Shown: positions 1 to 12,741 of the stretch, piece by piece
How positions within the stretch are numbered: position 1 is the first letter of the stretch
Layout: every line of letters begins with the position of its first letter
NCBI GenBank assembly: GCA_950097015.1
Contig: CATNEN010000012.1
Span: forward strand, 1 to 64,000
Length of the DNA: 64,000 nt
DNA from: Macrostomum hystrix
Taxonomy: Eukaryota > Animalia > Platyhelminthes
Reading direction: 5' to 3'
Position numbers and translations under genes: made by a program
Notes under the pieces: model-generated
Database searches by the model: none
Told to the model about the DNA's origin: nothing
The model's input: only the letters and a program-made list of their open reading frames with translations

Positions 1-50
1 TGGCTGCGGGTCTAGTGTCCTGCAATTGTTATTATTATTATTATTAATAT
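1..50 (+). mobile_element. 3' end and (ATT)n tail of tRNA-derived SINE family 1 (truncated by window edge)
   Basis: TGGCTGCGGGTCTAGTGTC...CTGCAATTGTTATTATTATT matches the 3' end of the copies at 30492-30845 and 15161-15523. Confidence 0.75.
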
Positions 51-1450
51 ATAAGTAGAAAAGAGCTACACTACTGATTTAAGAAAGCATTTTAGTATAC
101 TAAAATAAGCTTTTTGATGTTGAAATACTAAAGCCTATAAGCATATTAGGTCACAATAACCAAAAGGGTAAGAAATGTATTATATTAGATTGTAATTTAT
201 ACAAGTACACAACAAATAGAGCTGGTAATTATTTTTTCAGATATGAATGACATAACTTTCTACTTTAGAGAGAATATATTCTGCAAAAATGCAAGTAACA
301 TGTTTAACTAAAGTACGAGTTGTAGAAAGTTGTAGAAAGAAGCACTTTTGATTTCTTTTGTTTCAATTAAAACAGAGTGACTGATATGCTGCACACTGTA
401 CAATTTTTAACAATTAAAGGTAACAAAAAGTATGTGAATTTAAAAGATAAAGAGTATATACTATTTCTTCTATCTACATACTACGATAGCTGTCGAATAA
501 CTATATCAAATGACAATGTATATATAGTTGTCAGCTAATTCAAACTTAAATTTCCATGAGCTACATACTTAGAAGCCCCACTGAATTAATAACGCGATTA
601 TTCTGTATTAGGACTGCATATTATCAAGAGCTTTAGTTGTCAAGAGTTTATAAAAGTAAATATATATCTGACTTTGCTTGAACAAATCCATAGAACAATA
701 AAATTGACATAGAGAAAGAAAGTATTCAAATACAAAATAGACAGACGCAAATATAAACAAGAGAAAAAAAGTAGATAATTCCAAAAAATATAATACTACT
801 AAAAAATCAAAAACACAGAGTAAGTTATGGCGCACTGCCTTTTTTATTTTAATCATTTCATACAATAATTGTTGTTATTTTCTCCTGAAAACTTTTCATG
901 GAAAAGTTTAAATTGCACCTGTATTTTCGTGCAATATTATACCGCACACAACAATCTGAAACTTCGTCTTGGTTCCGTAGTCGCATCTATCTCCATCAAG
1001 AAACATGCTTTAAATACACCTTTAAACGGTATGTTTCTTGTTCTATTCCGCTGTCTCTTGGTGAAATGATTGTTCTATCGCAATAATTGTATAATTTTCT
1101 CTATTTTACGCATACCAAATAGTTTAATGGAGTTTTGGTTTTTAATCGGAGAAAAGAACGGTAGGCAATTTTTTAAGCTAGAACTAGGGTGAAAAATAAG
1201 TTAACAAATGTTAATGAATTTAAAAAAATTAATGTTCGAGAATATAAATCTCATCCTAAACATGGTAGTGTCCATATTTCATTTCAGTAAAGCATTTGAA
1301 GTACAAATTTATTGCCTTTGAGGTCACAACACCTGATTTAAATATGTCTGGGTAAAATTTAGATTATGGTCGATATAGTACGTAGTTTATAATTTATATG
1401 TACGTTTTATTTAGATCTGTGCCCGCTCTGTTTAGTCCGTATATGTTGAC

Positions 1451-3747
1451 ATGGAGGCGACACCATCAGTAGCAGCGGCAGCGGCTAAACCAGTCGCCAG
1501 ATTCCGTCATTCGAAATTCAAGCACATCTATGGCAAAGCCGCCAAGCGGGAGCACTGCTACGACAACATCCGGGTCACAACCACCAACGGTCACACCGAG
1601 AGCGCCATTTGCGCGGTGAATCCGCTCTACCTGGCCGTCATCATTGACACAGTCGGAGGCGGCAGCTTCCTGGTGCTACCATTGGATCGGTTCGGTCGGG
1701 TCGACCGCAACCCGCCGCTGGTTTCCGGCCACAGAGCTGCCGTATTGGACATTCAATGGTGTCCGCACAATGACTGTTGCATCGCCAGCGCCAGCGAGGA
1801 TTGCACTGCCAAGGTGTGGCTGATTGGGCCGGATTCCTTTGCCAGGGGCCGGCCACTGACCAGGTGCCATCGTGACCTGGTTGGCCACAGTCGGCGTGTC
1901 AACCTGCTAGCCTGGCATCCCGTAGCTAGCATGGTACTGCTCACTGCTGGTAAGAATGGGCTGCGCTGATCTAATTGTTGTTTTTATTGTTGTTATTGCT
2001 GCTCTTATTGTTGTTGTTTGTTTTTTTGCTATTTCTATCACTATTATTACTGCCATTGTTACTGATGTCATTATTATTATTGTGCTTTTTCAGGCGCTGA
2101 CAATCGAGTGCTGATCTGGAACTGCCGACAAGCAGCTGATTCTGCGCGACATCGCCTTCCCGGATGTCACCTTGTCCTGCAGCTTCAGCTGGACTGGCGC
2201 CAGATTCGTTTGCGCCTGTCGCGATCGGTTGGTCCGCTTAGTTGATGCCCGAACTGGAGAAGTGTTAACTGTGAGTAGTAGTATTAGTAGTAGTAGTAGT
2301 AGTAAAAACTATACGACTACTTGGGTTGAGATTCGAACTCCCGACCTCTCTGGAGTTCGAAGCACTATCCCTGAGCTTCAACTCGCTACAACCTACTACT
2401 CAAAGTGCAATCGTATTTGGCTTTTGGACTGCAGCTGTCAAGTAAAGTCTTTAGGCTACATTGACTGTCTGTCAAACCTATTTCGCCCTAAATTAAATTA
2501 CCTCACTTTTTCTTTGAAGCAAGCCCGCCTTCACGCCGGGACCAAGCCGGTCCAACTCGTCTGCCTACGCGACGGCCGCGTGTTCAGCACCGGCTTCGCC
2601 GACTCCAGCGGCGGCCGCCAGTGGGCCTTGTGGCGTGGCGATAATCTGGAGCTAATAAACAGGCAGAATCTGGACACCAACAGCAGCGGTGTACTATTGC
2701 CGCTGTACGACCCTGATGTTGGCCTCATCTACCTGGCTGGTAAAGGCGACTGCGTGGTTCGCTACTACGAGCTGACTAACGAGCCGCCGCATCTGCACTA
2801 CCTGGGCGCCTACCTGGCCTCGGAGACGCAGCGCGGAGTTGGCGCCATGCCAAAGCGCGGCCTGAACATTGCCGCTTGCGAAATTGGCCGCCTTTACCTG
2901 CTGCGCCAGCGGGGCCTGTGCGAGCCAGTCAGCTTCATTGTGCCGAGGCGATGCTCGCTGTTCCAGGCCGACCTGTACCCGGACACTCGCGCAGCCGCCA
3001 GTGCGCTGAATGCCGACGCCTGGCTAGCCGGGGCCGAGGCTGAGCCGGTGCTGATGCCGCTGACGCCAACTGAAGCGTCGTCTAAAACAGCCTGCCAATT
3101 GAAAGAATCAGACGAGCCTACTGACAGTAGTATTGTAAGCGCTGAGAGGTTTGAACTATCAGAATATATTTTTAGTTAATTCTAATTGACAGTAGAAGAA
3201 CAACGCTAGACCACGGGGATATTTCACTTCCTAATTCATGATCGCTCCCAAACCAAATGACCGATTTTCGTGAAAGTCCACCATATGGATCAAACCCCTC
3301 TGTACGATGAACTAATTTTCAAAGCCGGCGATGCCGATGTTTTGTGATTCTGGAAGTTGTTTTATCGGTTAGAGCGAAAAATTTTAGCCCCTGATTCGGA
3401 TTTCCAAGGTGATTAGTTGAATTTCATGGTCTTTCTACTGTCAATATCCCACGAATTTGTTTAAGGTGACAGCCGACAAAACCAATGACGCAATCAAAGA
3501 CGTTGAACTTCATCGGGTCGCTTCCACGGTATCCGAACTGTCCGTCCGTGTGCTCAATCTCAGCAACTCTGTCCGGCTCCTTGCGGCTGAGAGCGCCGAG
3601 TTGCGTCACCGAGTCCTAGAACTGGAAGCTGCCAGCGCCTGCAGTCAGCAGTGCAACTACAATTCAGGCAAAGTTCAACGGGACAGATTCGAGGATGATA
3701 CACCGTCTAGTGAAGACTGCTTCATGGACTGTAAGGACTTTGTATAG
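1451..3747 (+). CDS. CORO1: Coronin (WD40 actin-binding protein with C-terminal coiled coil), 4 exons, apparent frameshift in exon 2
   Basis: Exons 1451-1949, 2094-2270, 2520-3134, 3466-3747, all GT-AG. Coronin motifs FRHSKFKHIYG, GGGSFLVLPL, GHRAAVLDIQWCPHND, GKGDCVVRYYE, QRGVGAMPKRGL, FQADLYPDT and a terminal coiled coil. Exon sum is 1573 nt (not divisible by 3); the frame changes at about 2112-2135. Confidence 0.93.
2321..2385 (-). mobile_element. tRNA-like SINE head fragment (family 2) in coronin intron 2
   Basis: Minus strand reads AGCTCAGGGATAGTGCTTCGAACTCCAGAGAGGTCGGGAGTTCGAATCTC (A-box and B-box-like), similar to the head at 42305-42356. Confidence 0.55.
3205..3415. mobile_element. 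Internally deleted copy of dispersed non-autonomous element A in coronin intron 3
   Basis: Shares GCTCCCAAACC.AATGACCGATTTT.GTGAAAGTCCACCAT and GAACTAATTTTCAAAGCC with 14971-15870, and the GATGTTTTGTGATTCTG block with 22795-23207. Confidence 0.7.
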
Positions 3748-5131
3748 TGGACTTAGTTACGTAGTGGCTTTAGGATTATAATAGGCCCTTTTGACTTCGT
3801 GTTTTTATACACTCAGTAGAATATTTTCTGATATTGCTTTTTATTTTATCATAGGCTTACGTAGGCTTTGAACCGACCGCATATCACCACCGCGATCAAA
3901 GAAATAAATGAAAAAAGAAGTAATCTAAAAAGCAATTTATAAATTATACTCGTACACAAACTCCTGTAATAATTATTTGCTCGCTATATCACAACTTTTC
4001 CCTCTATTTTGCGACCTAAATTTATTTAAAACAAAATCTATTCTAAAGAAAAATAATAAAGAAACAGGACGGATTGTGGTACAACACGCAAAACACAACA
4101 GCAAGAAACACACACAGACAGAAGGCAGACAGTACGCTACTATTAGTAGTATTTGAAGGCATGCAAGTTGATCAAACTGTGTTTAAACGCGAAAATCTCA
4201 AATTATTCTAATTATTTTTCAGTGATGGCATTTTTTCTAGTGAGACAATGGTGCGAAGAAAGCGTTTTGCATCAAACATAAATCTTATATTTTTGAGACA
4301 AGCGGAAAGCAAGCAAAAAATAGCGAAAGCAAAAACTGGACGGCCATGTGCTTTTCTAAGAAAAAGCAGAGCAGAACTCTGGACGGACAAGTCAGTTTAA
4401 AATAAGCTAAGCTATTTATTCAAAGGCGTCTACTTAGCAGGCATATAAGTAGTGTGTAATGCATGGGCACGCAGTATTTTATTGTAAAAAATCTTATTTT
4501 ATAGAGACACAAAAAGCAACGCACAATTCTATTTAGCTACTGCTAGTAGACAGACTTGTTTTAGCTAGCTTTTTAGACAAAGCTTGGACGGAGTGTGGAC
4601 AGTAGAGAGAACACGTTAAAATAAAATTTTAGTAGAAAAAATTTTTTTTAGCGACACAGCCGTTAAATAGTCGTAGTGAAATGGCGCGGAATGTGGGATT
4701 TTGTTATACCTCATGATGTTTTGCGCACGCTTTCAAAATCTAACATTTTAAGTCATGAATTTTTGCTTAACGATCAAGGATGCTTATGTCGACAAAGATA
4801 TAGCAATGCAGAAAAGTAATTTTCGATATTTAAAAAGTGCGGATGAAAAAATAAACACACGCCACTAAAAGCAGGATTGTAGCAGAATTCCAGAACGAAG
4901 GCACAGGGAACTGTTGCACCTGCTCTGGCGATAGCCAATAGCAAAACTCCCGATAGTTTGTGACGGAAAGAAAGCCTATAATAACTACAACTAATAATAG
5001 AAATAGAAAATGAGTCGAGTTAGTTTTGCACGAATCAGGTGCCCGATAAAATAAATTCCGAACAAACAGACAACAGAAATTACAGGTAAGCGGTAGTTTT
5101 GCAGTTCAGAGAGACAAAATTGGCCAAAATT

Positions 5132-8100
5132 TTATAGCGGCTCAAACTGGCTCTGATGCCGCCTGAGTCGTTTCAATAGGTGCGAACCGACGTAGGCGAA
5201 GTCCGTCTCCCAGACGTCCTGCAGGTGGCGGAAGGTGTCCTCGTCCGATCCCGCTGCCAGTCGGTTAGACTCCTCCACAGACTCTTCGTCTGGGTGTAAG
5301 AAAGAAATCACAGCAATGTCATTTCAGATTTGGGTATTGCTTATATATGAATCAGCAAAGACCATCCAGAAGGTTCGCTCACCTGTGAACAACTCCAGGC
5401 AGTTGATGAGCTCCTGGGCGGCCTGCTCGCTGCCAAACGAATCAACGCAGCTGGTCATGCCCTCGGTGAAGTTCCACAAGGCCTGGCAGATCACGCAGGC
5501 CAGCTGCCAGTCACCCTGGCCAAGATCGCTGAGTGCCGAGATCAGCCTGAGAGATGGGTCAGGTGGGTCAGGAGTGGGTGTGTCAGGAGTGGGTGTGTCA
5601 GGAGTGGGTGTCTCAGGAGTGGGTGTCTCAGAAGTGGGTGTGTCAGGAGTGGGTGTGTCAGGAGTGGGTGTCTCAGGAGTGGGTGTGTCAGGAGTGGGTG
5701 TCTAAGGAGTAGGTGTGTCAGGAGTGGGTGTGTCAGGAGTAGGTCTCTCAGGAGTGGGTGTGTCAAGAGTGGGTGTGTCAGGAGTGGGTGTGTCAGGAGT
5801 GGGTGTCTCAGGAGTGGGTGTGTCAGGAGTGGGTGTCTAAGGAGTAGGTGTGTCAGGAGTGGGTGTGTCAGGAGTAGGTGTGTCAGGAGTGGGTGTGTCA
5901 GGAGTGGGTGTGTCAGGAGTGGGTGTGTCAGGAGTGGGTGTGTCAGGAGTGGGTGTCTCAGGAGTGGGTGTGTCAGGAGTGGGTGTCTCAGGAGTGGGTG
6001 TGTCAGGAGTGGGTGTGTCAGGAGTGGGTGTGTCAGGAGTGGGTGTGTCAGGAGTGGGTGTGTCAGGAGTGGGTGTCTAAGGAGTAGGTGTGTCAGGAGT
6101 GGGTGTGTCAGGAGTAGGTGTGTCAGGAGTGGGTGTGTCAGGAGTGGGTGTGTCAGGAGTAGGTGTGGCAGGAGTGGGTGTGGCAGGAGTGGGTGTGTCA
6201 GGAGTGGGTGTGTCAGGAGTGGGTGTGTCAGAGGTGATAGCTGTTCCGATGTGAGGCAGCGGGTGATGGCCAAGGCTATCAAGGTATCAGGTGATGTGGT
6301 ACTCACTTCCGAACTCCACCGTCCTTGCGCAGGACCTGGCGCTTGTCCGGATCGGCCACCAGGTTGAGCAGGATGCCGGCCGCCGAGTACACGGCCTCAT
6401 GATTCGAGTCAAGCAGAGTGATTAGCACCTTGATGAAATAAAAGGATCTGCGTTAATTCGATGAAAATTTGATATCTAACTGAACATTGACAATCATTCT
6501 AAATAGACAAGTAACGAGAGGGTAGGAAAAAATTAGGAAATTCTCACCTCATCGATGCGATTGGCCACCATCCAGTCGCGAACCGCTCGATCTCTAGATA
6601 AATTGCCAAACGGCCGAATGGCCTCGACAAGCAGGTCCGTGTCCGCTCGGTGAATCAACGAAGTCAAGGCTGCAGCATTACAGAGTTGACATTTTGAATG
6701 GAGCGAAACTTGAAAACCCGCTTATACACTCTTCATTTACATCATCCTCACTCCACACACACCTCGCTCCAAGCCCACCTGACTCCACATCCACCTCACT
6801 CCAAACCTTGCAAACTAGACACCCACCTCACTCAACAACCACCTGAATCCACACCCACCTCACTCCACACCCACCTCACTCAACAACCACCTGAATCCAC
6901 ACCCACCTCACTCCACACCCACCTCACTCAACAACCACCTGAATCCACACCCACCTCACTCCATTACCCACCTCACTCCGAACCCACCTTACTCCACACC
7001 CACCTCACTCCGAACCCACCTTACTCCACACCCATTTCACTCCAAACTAAATAAAAAATGGCTAACCTACATTTAAATCTATAGTAAACTGCCTAACTCC
7101 GCAATCAACCTCCGCAGTAAACCTTTCTCTACCTTGAGCCACGCGCAGCATCCTCTCCGGCATGTCAGTCGCCAGTTCGGTTGTCATGTAATACGTCAGA
7201 TTATTTATTGCAGCCACCGAGTTGCTGACAAGCTCGCGATTCTCCGCGATAGATTTGGTCTCTGGCGGGTTTGTTTTGGAAAATTTTTATCTTAACATAA
7301 TATCCACCTCATACACTTTTATGCGTATTCATAAATAACAAAACACAACAGTTGCCATAGCAACCAAATAACTCACCAACAAAAGTGACCAGCAGGCGGA
7401 GGCAAGTCCTGGAGCCGGCGCACATCCGGCCGACCTCGGCCGAGATGGCCGCATTGGCCAGAAGGCGGACCAGCTTCACCAGGCAGTCGTGCACTTTGCC
7501 AGCATCGCGTCTAGGCGGAGCAGCCGCAGCCGCCGCCGAGGCAGCAGCGCCGCCGGCTTCGCTCTCCTGCTGGTAGAACTTCAGCACGGCCAGGACGCTG
7601 TCCAGAGCCGGCTTGTCCGGGAACATCGCCGCTCTGGCCTCCTCAGCCCGGCCGGCCAGATTGCCCAGCACGAAGGCCAGCCTTAGAACTAGATCCTCGC
7701 GAGATCTGTGACGCGCCAGCAGGTCGCGGGCCGCGGCCGGCAGGCTGAGGCAGCCGGAGCCGGCGCCATCGTCGCCGCAAATCGCCGAGCAGACGTCCGC
7801 ATACTGGGACAGCTTCGACAGCAGCCGGGAGGCGTTCAGCTGAAGCTCATAGTCGGCCGGGTACTGCTGCATGGCGGCGCAGACGGCAAACAGGCAGCCG
7901 GGCGCGGACACGAATTGCTGCCGAGTGCCCGGCTGCTCTGCCAGGTTACGCAGCGAGCCCAGCACTTGAACCTGCGGTGTTAGGGCCAGTAGTGTGCTAA
8001 CCCCGGACTGACTTTTGATTTGTTACTGAGACCAATATGAAAAACAGATTTTTTAATATAAAAACTCCCCACCCTTTAATAAATCGATAGAAATCAGCTG

Positions 8101-9515
8101 AGTCCTTAGAGATGCGTTAAAGAAACGACCGAGTCGTTAAAGAAACGACCGAGTCGTTAAAGAAACGACCGAGTCGTTAAAGAAACGACCGAGTCGTTAA
8201 AGAAACGATCGAGTCGTTAAAGAAACGACCGAGTCGTTAAAGAAACGATCGAGTCGTTAAAGAAACGACCGAGTCGTTAAAGAAACGACCGAGACGTTAA
8301 AGAAACGACCGAGTCGTTAAAGAAACGACCGAGTCGTTAAAAAAACGACCGAGTCGTTAAAGAAACGACCGAGTCGTTAAAGAAACGATCGAGTCGTTAA
8401 AGAAACGACCGAGTCGTTAAAGAAACGACCGAGTCGTTAAAGAAACGACTGAGTCGTTAAAGAAACGACCGAGTCGTTAAAGAAACGACTGAGTCGTTGA
8501 GTCGTTAAATAAACGACTGAGTCGTTGAGTCGTTAAAGAAACGACTCAGTCGTTAAATAAGCATTCAAGTCGTTAGAGAAATGTTAGACACGCATCTGAG
8601 TCGTTATAGAAACGTTACAGAAGCGTTTGAAGCGACTTTTTAACGCCGTAAAGTTTTCATTTCTAGTTCAAGCTTCTAATTATTGAATCCAATTTGGATC
8701 GATTTTTTTAACCCAGCAATAAATAACCTAGTAAGCTGCGAGTAAAACTATGCACATATTTATAATTTAATGCCTCGTCATCTAATTAGGACTGACCAGA
8801 ACGTGAGCAAGAGACTCAGCCGGCCGGCCGCCAGTCTGCCTGTTCCAGTCAACTGCGCGCCCAAGACAGGCGGCCAGAGCCTCCAGGCAGCCGCCGCGTA
8901 AAAGTTCGCGCGACACGCCGGAGGAGCCGCCGGTGAGAAATTTCAAAGCGCCAGCCAGGTAGACCAAAGCCTCGTGACTGGCGGCCGGGTCTGCGCCAGC
9001 CAGGGTGTCGCTGATGCCTGTCAGAAGGCCCGGTTGCGCCAAGAACAGGGCGTCGTTGGCCTCCAGTTTCGCTATGCGAAACAGCAGCTTGGCGACGCAG
9101 GCCAGGTTGCTAGCCGAGACGCGCATATCCAGGCACAGGACTGCTAGAGCCAGCTGAAGGCGCGGCTGCGGCCAGTCCAGGAGGCGGAACACGGCACGGA
9201 GGATGCGCGACCGGTGCCGTCGGCAGTTGCGGCCCAGCATGTCGGCGCGCTGCAGCTCGGCATGAAGGTGGCGAACGAGTTCCAGGGTGTTGTCAGCCGA
9301 TTCCGGGGTCTGTTCAGCCACGCTAAGCAAGTCCACAGCCGGTGCCAGGTTTCGGTTGAACCACTCGGTTTCGGCGTCTTCGCTCATCGCCGGCGTCTGA
9401 TGTGGCGCTGAATCGCGCCGACGTCCGCCTGCCGTATCGGAGCCGGCGTCGGAGAGAACATCGGGGGGCAGCTCGCCAATTGAACCGTTGCGTTGGAGGC
9501 GAGTGCTTACTGAGG

Positions 9516-9579
<64 letters not shown>

Positions 9580-10014
9580 ATGGTTAGAAGCCCGCGGTCG
9601 TCGACGCTCAGCCGATGGCGGTTTCGGCGGCAGGCCACCGCCGACACCGGCCGCGCCTTCAGCTCCGCTGCCGCTGCCGGCGCTACCGGCCCGAATCGGG
9701 CTGAGCCGGGTGCCGGCGGTGCTGCCGGACACTGGCCGGCTCTCGGATTCGAACTGCCGACCACCTAAGCTGACGGCGCTCGACGGCCGGCCAGTTGGAG
9801 CCGCGGAGGTGCCGACGCCGCCGAGCTCAACCGAATCGGCGTGGCGGCCCTCGAAGAGAATTCGCCCGCCGTCGCGCGGCGTGAATGGCCTCTGGGTGTT
9901 GACTGCGCGCAGCCAGGAGCGGGTGTCCTCGATGATCTGCGCGCTGGTCGGCCGACTCTCCGGCGCCTCGTAGAAGGGCTTCTCCTGGCCCTTCGACTTG
10001 CGCGAGAAACTCAT
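5132..10014 (-). CDS. ARMC2: Armadillo repeat-containing protein 2 orthologue, 7 exons, about 835 aa
   Basis: Exons 8797-10014, 7377-7971, 7133-7261, 6548-6669, 6307-6428, 5383-5546, 5132-5289. All GT-AG, phases consistent, total 2508 nt. N-terminus (PFY...TSAQII...LRAVNTQRPFTP), DWQLACVICQALWNF and C-terminal WETDF...LLKRLRRHQSQFEPL resemble ARMC2. Confidence 0.92.
5568..6230. repeat. 15-bp minisatellite (TCAGGAGTGGGTGTG)n, about 44 units, ARMC2 intron 5
   Basis: Direct tandem periodicity; explains the spurious SGVGV, CQEWV and THPLL ORFs. Confidence 0.97.
6760..7050. repeat. C-rich composite minisatellite (48-bp x3 plus about 30-bp units, core ACACCCACCTCACTC), ARMC2 intron 3
   Basis: Repeated CACCCACCTCACTCAACAACCACCTGAATCCA blocks. 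Confidence 0.9.
8113..8560. repeat. 20-bp minisatellite (GAGTCGTTAAAGAAACGACC)n, about 20 units, each with an internal hairpin, ARMC2 intron 1
   Basis: Direct periodicity; GTCGTT/AACGAC inverted repeat within each unit. Confidence 0.97.
9517..9579 (-). repeat. Pure (CAG)21 coding polyglutamine tract in ARMC2 exon 1
   Basis: 63 nt of uninterrupted CTG on the plus strand, in frame with the ORF. Confidence 0.95.
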
Positions 10015-12741
10015 TGGCGAGTGGTCAGGACCGTTTGAACTTCTGGATGCGGTTGATCACAGACTGGATAAGAGGCTGATAAGAGCTGGGCAGACAGTGA
10101 GCAAACTCGTGTGGCTACTGGAAAAGCGTTGAATTATAAACTTTAAATTCGAAATGACACATTTTTTAGAATGCAATTAAGTCAAGGAAATATCCTTTAT
10201 GAAGCTTTGGAACTCATATTTTAATTAATATAAAAGCAGGTATGTCCATTTTTGAAAATATTTTTTGTTATATTTTAAACATACGAAGAACACATTTTAG
10301 TCTATTGACAAATTAGGCTTGCTAAATAAAAATTACAGATGTGAAAAATTTTAAATCTTATTTCTGTTTGCTTTTTGTAGAAAAGCAAATTCTAATTATT
10401 TTCTTTATTGGTTAATTTATCAAGTATCACTATAAAATATCCAGTTGCATGCAAAAAAGCAGCACACACCACTATAAATGTTATTCAGGGCTAAAAAATT
10501 GTTCAAAATACTACAAATATATCAAACTTTATTAGACACTAGAAGAAGAAATTGCACTGGTAAACAAAAATATAAAATCATATATTACTATTCAAAAAAC
10601 TGGGGGAAAAAACAAAAAAGGCAGCCTAAGCAGGACTGCTATGCAGTTTCTCAATTTTTTTTTCACAACAGAATCTAAACAAAAAATATTGCAAGCTTGC
10701 TATCTACTTTTCCAATAGTTTTACTTAATGAAATAATTAGCAAAAAAGTATAATTTAAATCTGAAATATTACATTTTTACAAATGGTTGTTGATTGTGTC
10801 TATTTTTATTTTATTGCTGCTTCGAATAGTTCACCTGCAAAGTGAGGGTACGTATGTTATAATTTTTGGTAAGTTGTAAGAATAAATAAACAAGTGCGTT
10901 TAAATTTAACAATCAACATAGGTGACATCACTCTACACTACTTTTACAGGTCGATTTTTTACACGATATAATATCTAGTACCTTCCAATACCGTCAGCGT
11001 ATTACATTTTAACAGAAGGAGTTAATTTACAAACTTTATCGAACATATACACACATTGTTAAGTGAATGAGCACTTTTGCTCGAATCAAAGTCCCATTTG
11101 TTTATGAACATTAAGCGTTAGCGAAAAATCAGCTGAGAATGCTCCGTTGAAATAATTTTGTATACACAATATAACAATTTTTACTAAACTTGTTTCTTTA
11201 TAGTTCTCTATTTAATCTCGAACTGTGCGTTTTACTAAATTTTAGATTCCAATTAGCAAATAATTAACCACATATGTGTTACAGCTTCTGATTTAGCTTC
11301 TGTACCTTTTATTTGTAACATTAGCTTTGGTATTACGAAAAAGCGCTATACGTTTAATTAAGAGGACAGAGGTAAACGAGGACAGAGTTGGTGCTATTTT
11401 TACTATGAACGATCTCGATCAATGCAAGGAGTCTACTAGGAGTAGTCTACGTAGTTTCCCGTCCTTCTACTCCTAGTGGTCCTTGATCTATAATTGAATA
11501 TTTTAACAGCATCTTTTGATGCAGAATGGTGTTCTTTCGTTGTCCTTGGTTAATTTCTTTAGTAAAGTTGCTTTGATTGCTGTACCTTAATTTTTTCTAC
11601 TTGTATAACTTTGCTCTAAAAGAATGCAGTGAAAGTATTACAAGCTTTAGTTGCATAAATAAAGTTAAAGTAAATTTTTCATTTACCAATTCTTTTTTGA
11701 TGCTCTTGCTAGTTGAGAACGAAGCAAATTAATTTAACAAAATATTTTTTATGTACGTGCATAAGCACGAACACTTGCACAATATAAAGGTCCGAAGACT
11801 AAAAGGGACTAAAATGCTTTTTAAAACCAAGAGATCCTTTTTCGCACACTATTCTCAGAGTTTGTTGCAAGTTGTTCCCAGGTCCTTGGAATTGTTGCAG
11901 ACACAGAGCTACACAAAAAATGGATTAATATTAATGACTGCATATCGCGCTTTCACATTCGATTGCATTGTTCGGGTGCACAAAAAACCCGGTCAAAGCC
12001 GTATATTTCTCACGTGTGTTGTATGTGCATAAGCTGTATAATTTTCTTTTATCAGTAACGATCTATATAGCTGTTATAGTTATAGATAGACAGAATGCAA
12101 GCAAATAATGCATCAAGGTAAATTAGTGAGAAAAAACATGTGATTTTCGGAAGAATATCGAGACTTCGATTGCAATAAAGCGAGTATAAACTGAGTGAAA
12201 CTCTCCATAAACTACAAACTCTATAAAATCTAAATTCTATACTATCGGTCTTCGAATTTTTACAGACTGCGAATCACCTATTGCTGCAATTTTTATGCAG
12301 TTAAAATTCATGAATTATATTGTGACGAAAAAAACATTGCACAATAAAATCTGTAGTAGAACATGCAAAAATCTCTATAGCGACTAGAACTTTTAGGCAA
12401 AAGATCGAAGCAAGAAAATAGAAAGATGATGTAAAAGAAAAACTATTGTCATACTTCGGCACTTAATAGAAGGAATAAAATAGCTTTCAGAACGGATTAA
12501 CAATAAGAAGTATATTCATGTTATAAAACAGTTTTAGGTTAAAGCAATACTATGAATAGATGGTGGAATATAGACCAACTATTCAGATTGGCATGCAGAC
12601 GTTGCAGAATTATGTAAAATAACGTGCACGAGTGCAAATCATTAAATAAAGATTCATGTAAGAGACCTTCAAACTCAATTTTTACATTTTAGTATAGAAA
12701 CACATTATATATGTGGAAAAAAGAAAGCTTTACGGATTGCG

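Noticed and set aside
5542-6306. Long repetitive ORFs (THPLL, SGVGV, CQEWV) as proteins
   Set aside because: They are translations of a 15-bp intronic minisatellite inside ARMC2.
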